A stretch of 46,724 nucleotides of DNA from Callorhinchus milii. Lineage: Eukaryota. The position numbers were made by a program, and so were the translations under genes. The notes beneath the pieces were generated by a model, which had not been told where the DNA came from, did not search any database, and saw only the letters and a list, made by a program, of their open reading frames with translations. The DNA lies in the NCBI RefSeq assembly GCF_018977255.1, contig NW_024705413.1, positions 1 to 46,724 on the forward strand. The letters run 5' to 3'. Of this stretch, positions 10,151 to 20,100 are shown in pieces; position 1 is the first letter of the stretch; each line of letters opens with the position of its first letter.

Positions 10151-13100
10151 CTAGATGGCACCAACAAAAGGCGCCAACGGGGCAGCTGCATACACAGCAC
10201 ATATCGCAGTCAAAGGTTAACGGAGATTCACGTGCGTGTTACAATATAATATTGACCACAACAGACTTTGTTGAGAGTAAATGACGCATCCAACAGTCAA
10301 CGAGCACAGTCCTTAATACACGCATTAAACACACACTCCGTAGCTGTATAAACGAAGGAACATTTATGCGCCGGGAATTTGCCGGCGGGAAAGAGAAACC
10401 CTCACCGATTTTGCCTTTCACCGCGTGAGGAGCCACCACACCAGCGCCAATGCCGAGGGGGTAGCCGAGTCCGCCGAGGGCTGCAAACAACACACACAGG
10501 ATGGAGGGTTAAATGGTGGTTAAACATTAAACCTCGCCCAGCTACACTCCCTCCGCACGTTTCGAATTAGCACGGTTTGCAACGTACGGGTGTGATAGTT
10601 GTTCTAACATACACACGCTCGCAGCGGCTTTTGGCTGGCCATCGAACAAAGACCGTCACCGCATCATCGCGCGGCCCTTTCAGATGCACTCTTGCGGCCA
10701 TTTGCAACGCTCTTCCGATATTAGGAAGCCACTGGAGGCATGGTAATTTTACATCATCTAGATTGAAAACTGATTTCTTGCGAACTGCTTCTCGTCTTTA
10801 GTTGTCCTTCCTCCACACCTCCGATTAGCACAGTTGGCTAGGTACGTGTTTTGTGTTTTGACTTAAAACTGCAGGAATTCATATTCTTGGTTATTTCGGT
10901 AAAATCACGTAGATATAAAAAAATATGAAAACGAAAAGTAAATTTAATTAAATTACGAGGTTTCGATCACAACACAAGCGATCGTCATTGCTTGTGTTGT
11001 GATCGAAACGTCATTTTTATTCCACAAAATACTCATGGCCCAACTACCGTCTTGTCATCGGTTGCTGTTGCTTTAACCTCGGACAAACTACCGGTTAGGT
11101 TTCATTATAAAACAACAACAGTGGTTGTTGAAATTAATGATATCGATGATGATCGTTAAAGATTAGACTATTTAAATCCCCATACACCACCGACGCAACA
11201 TTCCCGAACGTTTGAGCCTTTGCGTTTTGAAGCGAAAATATTCCGCACAAATAGAACCGGTCGCTACTGAATTAACGTGGCAATAACTTTACATAACCAA
11301 TTATACAGCCCTTGACACCCGGTCCATGCTTGGCGGTTTGTCGCCCAATCTAAGAGCTATCCAGGCTCTAGATCTGCTTAACTTCTGAGATATGATTTCA
11401 TTGGGGAAATGCAGTTCTGCATCTCTTCACCCGGAAATATGAAATGGGCTTGGCACAATTTTTGCCGATCGCCAGATTGCGTGCGGTGGAGGGGAACTGT
11501 GAGAAGTGACTCCCACCTCGTGAACTCCTACGTTCGGCATTGAAAATTAGACCGGATAAATCAAATATCCTGTATAGCTCACCTCTCATTGAGGCACCTG
11601 CCACCAGTGGCAGTTGTATTGCTGCACCTTCATCCATGATGAGAATAAGAATAGGATTTGGCGTCCTCTGGTCTAACACTGTGTTTGAGACTAAGCTCTA
11701 AAGAAAGCTTTCTCTGGTGTGGACCAATCAGTTTCAAAGACAATGCATCATATATTTTCAGAACATGTTTTTTGTTTGTATTTTCACCACAAGAACATGT
11801 GGTTAATGCAGACATAATTCCTTGCAAAAGGTTTAAGTTTGGTGTTTTAACATCTTAACATCTGTTTTGTTGCCAGAAAAAATGGGAAAACCTATTCTTC
11901 AGAATAGGATTTATCCTTATTCCTATACATACATTTTTCCACTCCCCTCTACCGTAATAGATTCAATATTGACTGCAATCATGGCAAACCAATTTTGCTC
12001 GTGACTCACGTTCATCTTTGGGTGTCGTGGTGATGGTGTTAGTAGGGGAGGGGATTTAAGATTTAATTCAAACAATTAGGTAGGGGTGGGGGGCACATGC
12101 AAGGGCATGCACGTGCAGCATACCCACCGCGGTGATAGGGGTGCATGGTATCCGAGCCCACCATAAGGGTGAACGAGCTCAGCTGCTAGGGAAAGACAGT
12201 TCTGTGTTTAATGGGCGGGGGGAAGAGATTCGATGTGAGGTTGACAGGGGATTGATGTGAAACGGTGGTTGAGATGTTAACTACCTCGCCTGGTATAGAG
12301 GAGGTCATGGGTTCGATTCCGACCCAGACGATGCATGTTGTATATTTGGAGTTTGTGTGTTCTCCCCCGTGGTGGTCACATGGGGGTTTTATTTCACCTC
12401 CACATTTAGAAACATGCGTTCAGAGTGTTTGCCTGATTTAATTTTCCACATTTCGTTGGGCTATCGTTTGTGGCCAGGTCGCTTCTGAAAAATAGCTGCA
12501 TATCTTAGTGGGTCTACCAACCGCTCTGCTTTGACTGGTCCAGATGGGTCGAGTGGGCGTGGCTGTCCGAAGAGGGCGGGTGCTGATGTTCGTTTAGAGA
12601 GCAGCTGAGCCTAACTGACCAGGTGGCTCCGCCATAGAGCTGAGCAGCTCGCAATCATGAAGTTGAGAGTTAAAATCTTGGTTGATGGCTAAAACAAGTA
12701 CACTTAGTAGGGAAGATCAACAGTGGTTTGTCGTGTGAATCAAATCTCCCCTTGCCATGGGAGTGTGGAATTTCCAATGCTAATTTGACCATGACTTGTT
12801 TTGTACGGGTGGTCGAGTGTGTGGCATAGTGTATGGATCTGTTACCAGCATGGTGCGTGTAGGCACCTCCAAGGGCCGCTCCGTGATAGCCGAGACCACC
12901 ATAGCCCAGACCACCATAGCCCAGACCTCCATAGCCCAGACCTCCATAGCCCAGACCTCCATAGCCCAGGCCTCCATAGCCTAGGCCTCCATAGCCCAGG
13001 CCTCCATAGCCCAGGCCTCCTATAATAGCGAGAGGGAATAGAATGGAGAATGTGGGTTCAGGCTCTATCATGCGTTGCATATAGATGTATATAGAACAGG

Positions 13101-14743
13101 ATTATTCGTGAGACTGATGTGAGTAAAATGGGCCAACGCTTTACCCACTATAAGTTGTCCACGGGTTAACGATGAGACATCGGGAGGTAGGGAGACACAT
13201 TGTAAAAAAAACACGTTCAAATGCGTACACAAATGAGAGTTTATGTGCATGTAAGAATGTGTGTTTGTGAGCATGTGTGAGTGGGTGCATGAAAATGTGA
13301 GTGAGTATTAGGATGTGAGCGACTATGTACGCGTGAGAATATGAGCGTGCGTGTTGGCCTGTGGCCACATTTAAACAATTAAGATTCTGCCGACTGCTGA
13401 ACTATGCTGCCTGCTGGCCTATGCTTTCATTTCTTTGAATGGTCCCTCCTTTATATGGGTTGTGTGTGTGTGTTTTTAACATGTCGCCATTTTTTTCAAG
13501 TTACAGGTTTTTATTTATTTAATTGGAGGTCACTTATTTGGGCTTTCTCATCATGCCCCGTCATCCACATGTCTATTTAGATTTTAGACCATGCAACACG
13601 TTAACTAAAATCGCCTTAGAGCAATATAATATACGATATGACTGTCACTATGTTGAACATCTTTCGCACCCTTCATAGCCAACCGTGTTAATCGAGGTTC
13701 GAGCCATCATAACCGCACTAATTGGGCACTCCATTCATTCACATTTTTCCAATGCACTGGCAACAGCACTGTTTAGACCGTTTCGCATTGTGATTCAGTG
13801 AGTGAGTGTAGTGGCGCTGAGTTGTAATGAATCTCACTCACCCACAGGGTGGCCCAGGAATCCCGTAGATACAGTGCTCACAGTCTGCTTGCCAACGACA
13901 GCTGTGGCAAGGCAGAGACACGCACGCAACACAAATAGACACAGAGACAAAAACAATCCCCTTCATTGCCTGCATAGCATGTTAGGGCAAGTGCTGTTAG
14001 AAGGCATAACAGCCTTGGTCTCCCCACTGGTGATGTCCATACACTGACCCCTACAATTATTTTTAATGATGAGTGAAAGAAAGGCCCAGGACCAGTTCAA
14101 ATATTCTCCACCGTTATTAGTTGTGAGTGGGAATCGAACTTAGGTCACCGGTTTATAGCACAGTGCGCTACACACTACACCACATTGCTCCCACAAGGAT
14201 TCCCCCTATAGCCTTAAACTGTTGGGGCAAGTGTTGTTCACGAGTAGTAATTATTTAGGTAAGTAACGGCACACAAGCGGGTAAATGACCAGCACCACAG
14301 AAATCAAAAAGGTTAAGACAGCCATAGAAGCATACACACGGACACACAAATAGATGCACAGACTTAATCTTTTTTTTATTTTACCATGTAAGGTCGACTG
14401 AGCTATGTAGCTCTTTTTCAGAAGCGACCTGGTCACGATTGATAGCTTAACAAAGTGGCTGATGTGGAAATGTATAGCAGCAGCCAAACACTCTAAACAC
14501 ATGTTTCTGAATGTGGAGGGGGAAATTAGAGAACCTGGATAAAAATCCTCACCACCACACAGACTCGCACAGAGACATCCATAGACACTCAAAGTCAGAC
14601 GCAGTCTCGCACTCACAGAGATCCACAGATAGACACACAAAAATACAGACTCACACTCACACAGAGATTCCATCCAACTTACGCGTCGCAGTGGCGAGGT
14701 GAAAGAGGGCGAGGACGAGGAGAGCTTGAATAGCGGCGGCCAT
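10151..14743 (-). CDS. lamprin: Lamprin precursor, copy 2 (complete). Coding exons 14683-14743, 13842-13901, 12846-13019, [cassette ~12124-12185], 10406-10480, 10151-10185
   Basis: The five constitutive exons (61+60+174+75+35 = 405 nt) all have GT-AG boundaries in phase 1. They join into an open 134-aa protein: signal peptide MAAAIQALLVLALFHLATA, 9 x GGLGY, GAALGGAYTHHA, ALGGLGYPLGIGAGVVAPH, C-terminus AAPLAPFVGAI*. This matches lamprey lamprin as I recall it. Confidence 0.95.
10858..11012. mobile_element. Penelope-like pLTR fragment ending in a fold-back, lamprin intron 4
   Basis: Same family as 3790-3900 and 6370-6490. Perfect 20-bp inverted repeat GTTTCGATCACAACACAAGC (10960-10979 / 10990-11009). 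Paralogues at 24343-24392 and 36275-36324. Confidence 0.6.
12124..12185 (-). CDS. lamprin: Lamprin cassette exon 4 (copy 2); one base short in a G/C run
   Basis: Identical to 25511-25573 except 4 G instead of 5 G at ~12138-12141, so it is out of frame as assembled. Confidence 0.7.
12263..12517 (+). mobile_element. V-SINE-like SINE in lamprin intron 3 (antisense to the gene)
   Basis: B box GGGTTCGATTCC, V-domain GGAGTTTGTGTGTTCTCCCCCGTG and 3' part CCAGGTCGCTTCTGAAAAA. Paralogue at ~25651-25905. Confidence 0.75.
12886..13020 (-). repeat. Coding 15-bp minisatellite, 9 units (GGLGY)
   Basis: Nine tandem ATAGCC(C/G/T)AG(A/G)CC(T/A)CC units; all variation is at synonymous positions. Confidence 0.97.
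14370..14550 (-). mobile_element. 3' half of the same SINE family in lamprin intron 1
   Basis: Reverse complement aligns by eye to 12395-12517 (CCTCCACATT..AGAAACATG..CCAGGTCGCTTCTGAAAAA). Paralogues at ~1420-1600 and ~27760-27940; shorter tail fragments at ~2152-2245, ~15105-15205 and ~28495-28595. Confidence 0.68.
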
Positions 14744-14821
14744 TTTGCTTTCGGGGTTTTCTGCTTTCGCTGTCGACGACAAGAAAGAAGGGCTTGAGTT
14801 GAGGCTGATGAAGCTTCACTT

Positions 14822-14860
14822 CGGAGTGACGAGCCTGGAGTTTGAGCCCCAGCTTTTAAA
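14822..14860 (-). promoter_or_regulatory. Lamprin core promoter: TATA-like TTTAAAAG and Inr-like TCACT (copy 2)
   Basis: Minus-strand TTTAAAAG at 14853-14860 with TCACT about 30 nt downstream, ~85 nt before the ATG. Conserved at 1900-1907 and 28242-28249. Confidence 0.65.
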
Positions 14861-15924
14861 GGCAGCAACCAGGGGATGGCTTGGCTTTGACCCAGCCAAG
14901 ACAAGACCTAGCCTCAATAGCTCCAGTGTAGCGCTGGCAAACGACAAAAGCAAACAACCGCGTCTATTTCCTGTCAAAATACGGGAGGCATTGAAGCCTC
15001 TCCAAATATTTATGGGGTTTTGGGTTTTTTTTACTTCAGTTTCAGTACATTTCCACTCGATACCACTAAATGTTTCATTTGCCTCGATATTAAACTCAAA
15101 CTAAATTATTATTTTTTACCAGGTAAGGTCCACTGATAATATGGCTCTTTTTCAGAAGCAACCTGGCCATCACAAATGATAGTACAACGAAGTGGCTGAT
15201 GAAGCGGTCTACAGGGTACGGTGGTGGAGGCGAAGGCTGAGAGACGACGGATAATGAGAAAGGATGAACGATGCTGTGGACGACGCAAGTATGGGATTGA
15301 GGTGACGCAAATCGAGGTATTATTGTTTTAGGAAATCATCCAAATTGAATGAGACCAGCAGGGGACGTGGACAAGAATGTGTGTATGAATGATTTGGAGC
15401 TTTCGTGACTGCAGGAACTGTGACTTTACTGAAAAAACCAAAGCGTGTGTATGTATGTTGAACTTCTTCTGCACCGTACGTTTGAAAACGTGCTAATTAG
15501 AGGTGCGAGGGAAGGACAATCAACTAAACACGAAAAGCAGTTCTCTAGAAATTGGTTATCAATCGAGATTTAAGAGCGCACAGCTCCCAGTGCTTTCCTA
15601 GTATCGGAATAGTGTTCCAGACGGCTGCAGAAGCAAGCATGCCTCTGTTGCCGGCTGCTGTTATTTCGTATCTTTTTCACCCTTTTATATAGTAATCTAT
15701 TTAATTTCATTGATCTTAATATTAGTTTTGCACTAGTTTTTAGGGGGGGGTGGGTTTGCTTTTAACCATTCAACTCACAACCTGACTTGGCCTTCTGTAA
15801 CCGCCACCACGCACAACCTGTTTTTCCTGGCCACCGTTCATCACGCATAAGCACACATTCTGTGTATATGTACACATACTTTTATAAGCTTATATTTACT
15901 TTCACATTTAAAAAAAGTTTATTT

Positions 15925-16200
15925 TTTATTTTTTCAGGTAAGACGCACTGAGCGATGGGTAGCACTTTTTCAGAAGTGACGTGCCACAAATGATTGGCTA
16001 ATGAAGTGGCTTAACACGTGTAAAACTGTAGCAGCAGCCACTCGAAACGCATGTTTCTTAATGCGGAGGGAAAAACTAGAGAACCTGGATAAAAAAAATC
16101 CACGACCACGGGGAGAACATGCAAACTCCAAATATACAGGCATTAGGGTCGAGATCGAGCCCACGATTTCCTGTGTACAAGGCGAGGTAGTTAACAGCTT
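15925..16200 (-). mobile_element. V-SINE-like SINE (paralogous copy)
   Basis: Same sequence as 3030-3305. Confidence 0.75.
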
Positions 16201-16252
16201 GCCACATACATACACCGATTCAGATGAATTCTGACACACACGCACATAGAGC

Positions 16253-17159
16253 CAGTCCCTCCAGAAAAACGCGATTATGCGATCGCAAGATTCCACGCAA
16301 AATCAGCCAAAGTCCGCATATTTATGCGGGGCGCGCGTTTTTCAAATACGCCGCACTTTCGCCGCATAAATTGCAGATTTCCGCGCGCAAAATATGCGGG
16401 CTTGCATGATTTCATAATCCCCGCATTTTCGTTGCAAAAAGTCACATATATCTTAGCAGAAAGTTGAAAAATGTTGCGTTTACTTCACACAAGCGCAGCC
16501 ATTTCCCCTGTTGCCATGGAACGTTATTAAGTGACGTCACTCATTACAGTTGTAAGATTGCACTTTTTTGTTAGTAGTATGTAAATTTACATTACTGTAA
16601 GACTGTACTGTTACTGTATTGCTTACGTTACTGTGCACTGAAAACACTTATTTTAACAGAAGATGTCTGTTTTGTATAGCTACCTCTGTAAAACAGGAAG
16701 CACACATTTTATTTTTAATATTTTATTTATTCATTTTTACAGAAGTTGTAGCATATTCATTTTGTAAAGCTACAGAACTTGTTCGACTCAATGTTTTGTA
16801 AGTTTGAGCCATCTGTTTGTTAAGGTCTGAAATAAAACAAGATGAGAACTTAAATATTCCCAGAACTTTCTGTGATGTAGTATGCTTGCTTATCATAGGA
16901 AGTAATAAGAAATGACTCTTTACATTAAAGTAGTAGACTAGTGAATAGGGTGTTGGGGAATCACTTTTTTTTCTCTTTTTCATCAAACCGCAGTTTTTGC
17001 AAGTTCCCGCAATTTTTGCAAGTTCCCGCAATTTAATCGCATAAAATTGCATAAATATCCCGCATATTCCATCGCATTTTTTAAGAAAACGTGCCGCATA
17101 ATCAACGATTTTTGCCCGCAACAATCACCAAAAAACTCCGCGTTTTTCTGGAGGGACTG
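16253..17159. mobile_element. 907-bp non-autonomous DNA transposon (MITE; hAT- or P-like), present in one unit only
   Basis: Perfect 21-bp TIRs CAGTCCCTCCAGAAAAACGCG (16253-16273, 17139-17159) and a 7-bp TSD ATAGAGC (16246-16252, 17160-17166). Many subterminal CGCA(T/A) motifs, AT-rich core. Empty sites with a single ATAGAGC at ~3351 and ~29694. Confidence 0.93.
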
Positions 17160-20100
17160 ATAGAGCATACACAGACATATACATGCAAATATATATTCGC
17201 ATGAGCTTTGTACATTAATTAGACAAAGCTCCCCCGTATAGCCTTAACAGATTGTTGGGGCAAGTGCTGTTAGCCAGCACTTGTCGGCCCACATCGCACA
17301 CGAGGGAGTTTGTGGCCAACACTTCCGACCGCCTTTGTCTCCACCAGTGGCAACGTTTTTATAGTGCACATCACTAATTAAAACATACACATGAACACAC
17401 CAACGCATATATACAGTACGGTCATATTTCCAAATGCACACACGTAAAGTATATTCACACGACAAAGACACGCAGTCCTATTTTCTCTGAATCCACAACA
17501 TTTACAACACCAGCGAGTGCCGAAGTAACTTAATACGTTTCGTTTGCGTGACAAACCTGTTAACGTATTCTGTCGGCTGGTGGTGGGTTAACGAGACATT
17601 CATATTTCTTCTTGGTTCTTTTGGTAAAGTCGCGTGGAAGGAAAATAATAAAATAAAATAAATTCTCACGACGTTTCGGCCACAACGCAAGCAGCCGTCT
17701 ATAGGTGGAGAACAGGTCTGTCGAGAAGGCAGAATCTGAATGAGACATTCATATTCAAGGGATCTAACCCCCAAAACAGACTTTATTATTTGGACTGAAT
17801 GTTAAACCGAACAAAGCTGGGGATTTTGTTTCAGTCCATCGGTGCCCAGTAGTATTTGTCTTGCCCTGCATCTTGCTGCCGTTGCGTTCTCGGTGTGTAA
17901 TTGACAGGGTCGGTCGCGTGCTCCGTCACGTGACGCAAAACGGCGACTCGGGGATTGGCTCCTGAGCCGCACGTGCACGTGTATAGGCCACGCCCAGACA
18001 GGCACCTGCACGGATTCATGCTCTAGCGGTTTGGCTGCAGAGACCCATACAAAATTACTGGACATCATTGACACTCATTAATATTGTCAAATTAGAATAT
18101 CTCAATAAAAAGCAATGCTGACTGTTGATTTTATTGAGTAGTGACATCTGTTGGGTCGTTCTTGTGTTCCGGCATTAATCAGATTTCACCCTTTCCCCCT
18201 GTGATGCAAGGGAGGCTTGGAAGGCATAATGAATGATGAATATATGCGCTCATAGTCGATTCTGGGCATTTGAATGTGCAGCTCTGGCGATTTTTGACAG
18301 CGGCGGTCTCAAAATGGTTGACTATGTACACTGCAAAATAATTTCAACATACTGTCCATCCACAAAGCACCTCTTTGCTTGATTCAGTCTATGGGAGGAT
18401 TGAGCAGCGTGATGTTGCTTGGCGTTTGGGCCGATGTGGTGTCTCTTGGCAACTTGCAGGGACGAGATCTGAACTTTCGGTGTTTATTTTTGTGTAATTG
18501 GCTGGGCCTCGTTTTTTGGCCCCCAAAGTGTTTCAAAACTAAAAGGCGTCCGAGATCCCCCTCAATGGCCGCCTTTGTTGAATTACGTTCACAAGCATCA
18601 ATAACTTCTTTGTTGTTGGTCAATCGGAGGTGAATGCAGGCGTATACAGTAATCGGAAGGTGATTAATACATTATGGTTTGTGAACAAACAAACAAAACA
18701 GAGGCCATTCGATTGTTAAATGTTTTTTATTTTTTCAGTTTTCATTTTTAAAATGCGCAGAATGGCCGCCCTGTATCCTCGGACTTGAAATTCAGATTAA
18801 TGCGTTGATAGGTACAGAATACTTTCATTGTTGATTCAGATAATGAAAAGGGTAGTTTATGTATTCGTTATCAGAACACTATTATTTGTCTCACACTATT
18901 ATTTGTCTCATTTCCTTGAGCTGTGATCTGTGATAGCCAGGTTGCTCAGTCGGTTTTACTTGATAATGTAAAAATTGTTAATGTTTTAGATACAAAAGTG
19001 ACTCAGGAGAGTACTTTTGAATAAAGTGTTAGCAATTGACATTTTGCTTGAACGCCTTATTATTTATATATTTGTGTATGTAAAAAACGCCGCGGTCCCT
19101 AAACTGTGGAATCGGCTCGCACAAAAACAGGCGCCACGTGTCTCAGGCGCCATTGACGTACTTCTCGACCGTTAATCGAACCGTTGAATAAAACCGTTGT
19201 TTTCAAAACACTTTTAAAATAAGTTGATTTCTTCCCCACGCCGACATCTTTCCATTGTGTGGTTTAGCATGATGGCTTTGGGCAGCAAGGAACACAGGAA
19301 AACGCGTAGTAAAAACATTTCTTTAAAACTGATTTTGTATTTGGTTTCTTGTTCTTCCCAGCATCCTGGGATTTGTATGGTTGGCTACCTACCGTCTGAA
19401 AGAAGTTCAACATACACAGGTACATAGGGCAGTGTCTCATCGTCACAATCTATTGGTCCGAATGGTGGGGGCATCTATGAACGTAGCAAAAAAATAATCG
19501 ACCACACAACCGTGGAAGTAACCGGGATCCTTTGTCATTGACGACAGCTATGGACCCACACTGAACCGCGCTTGGAAGCAAGCACGGGAGACTCTCGGCG
19601 TACACGTCGTTCCATGAATAGAAAATGTCAAAGAATCGCCAAACTGCGACCGTGGTGAAGCACCAAACCGTCAAACCCATAGCCGAAGAGTTGCACCTTC
19701 TACTCCACACCCTGGCGGTATCGCTGCAATCCGTACAGCAGCTACTGCTGCCATGGAATAATTGAAAAACCTTGACATTCAACTAAGACATAATCTGTAC
19801 AAACTGTTGCTTCCAATCTCCCCCACGCCTCCCATGATGTACGAAAAAGATATTGACTTAAAGCTTTCGTGACTTCAGAAATTCATATTATTTGCATCTT
19901 TCGGTAAAGTCACATAGATAAGTTAAATTAATAAAAATAAAACTACGTTTCCATCGCAACACAAGTGGTCGTCATCAGGCGGAGAGAAATCAAATTCACG
20001 TAGATAGGTTCAAATTGATAAAAATAAAAGTTTTTTGTTTATTTAATTTGATCCATGACCAGAGGTCCCGTAGTGGGTGTCTTCCTCTTTCTGGTTCCTT

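Noticed and set aside
12886..13020. CRISPR-like regular repeat
   Set aside because: No spacers; it is a coding minisatellite in an intron-containing eukaryotic gene.
12780..13025. Alternative-frame repetitive ORFs (MEVWA, IAQTS, HSPDL repeats)
   Set aside because: Shadows of the 15-bp repeat; variation is synonymous only in the GGLGY frame.
12670..13080. 136-aa single-exon ORF with GGLGY repeats (also 26058-26468), resembling keratin-associated, chorion or cuticle proteins
   Set aside because: It is lamprin exon 3 read through into flanking introns. AG/GT sites at 13020 and 12845 and the other in-phase exons define the real gene.
14251..14904. 217-aa ORF (also 27640-28293)
   Set aside because: Runs through promoter, exon 1 out of frame and an intronic SINE, is not protein-like, and is broken in copy 1.
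16253..17159. Transposase gene inside the insertion (ORFs 16723-17124, 16619-16801)
   Set aside because: Short ORFs drawn from subterminal repeats and the AT-rich core, with no DDE or zinc-finger motifs.
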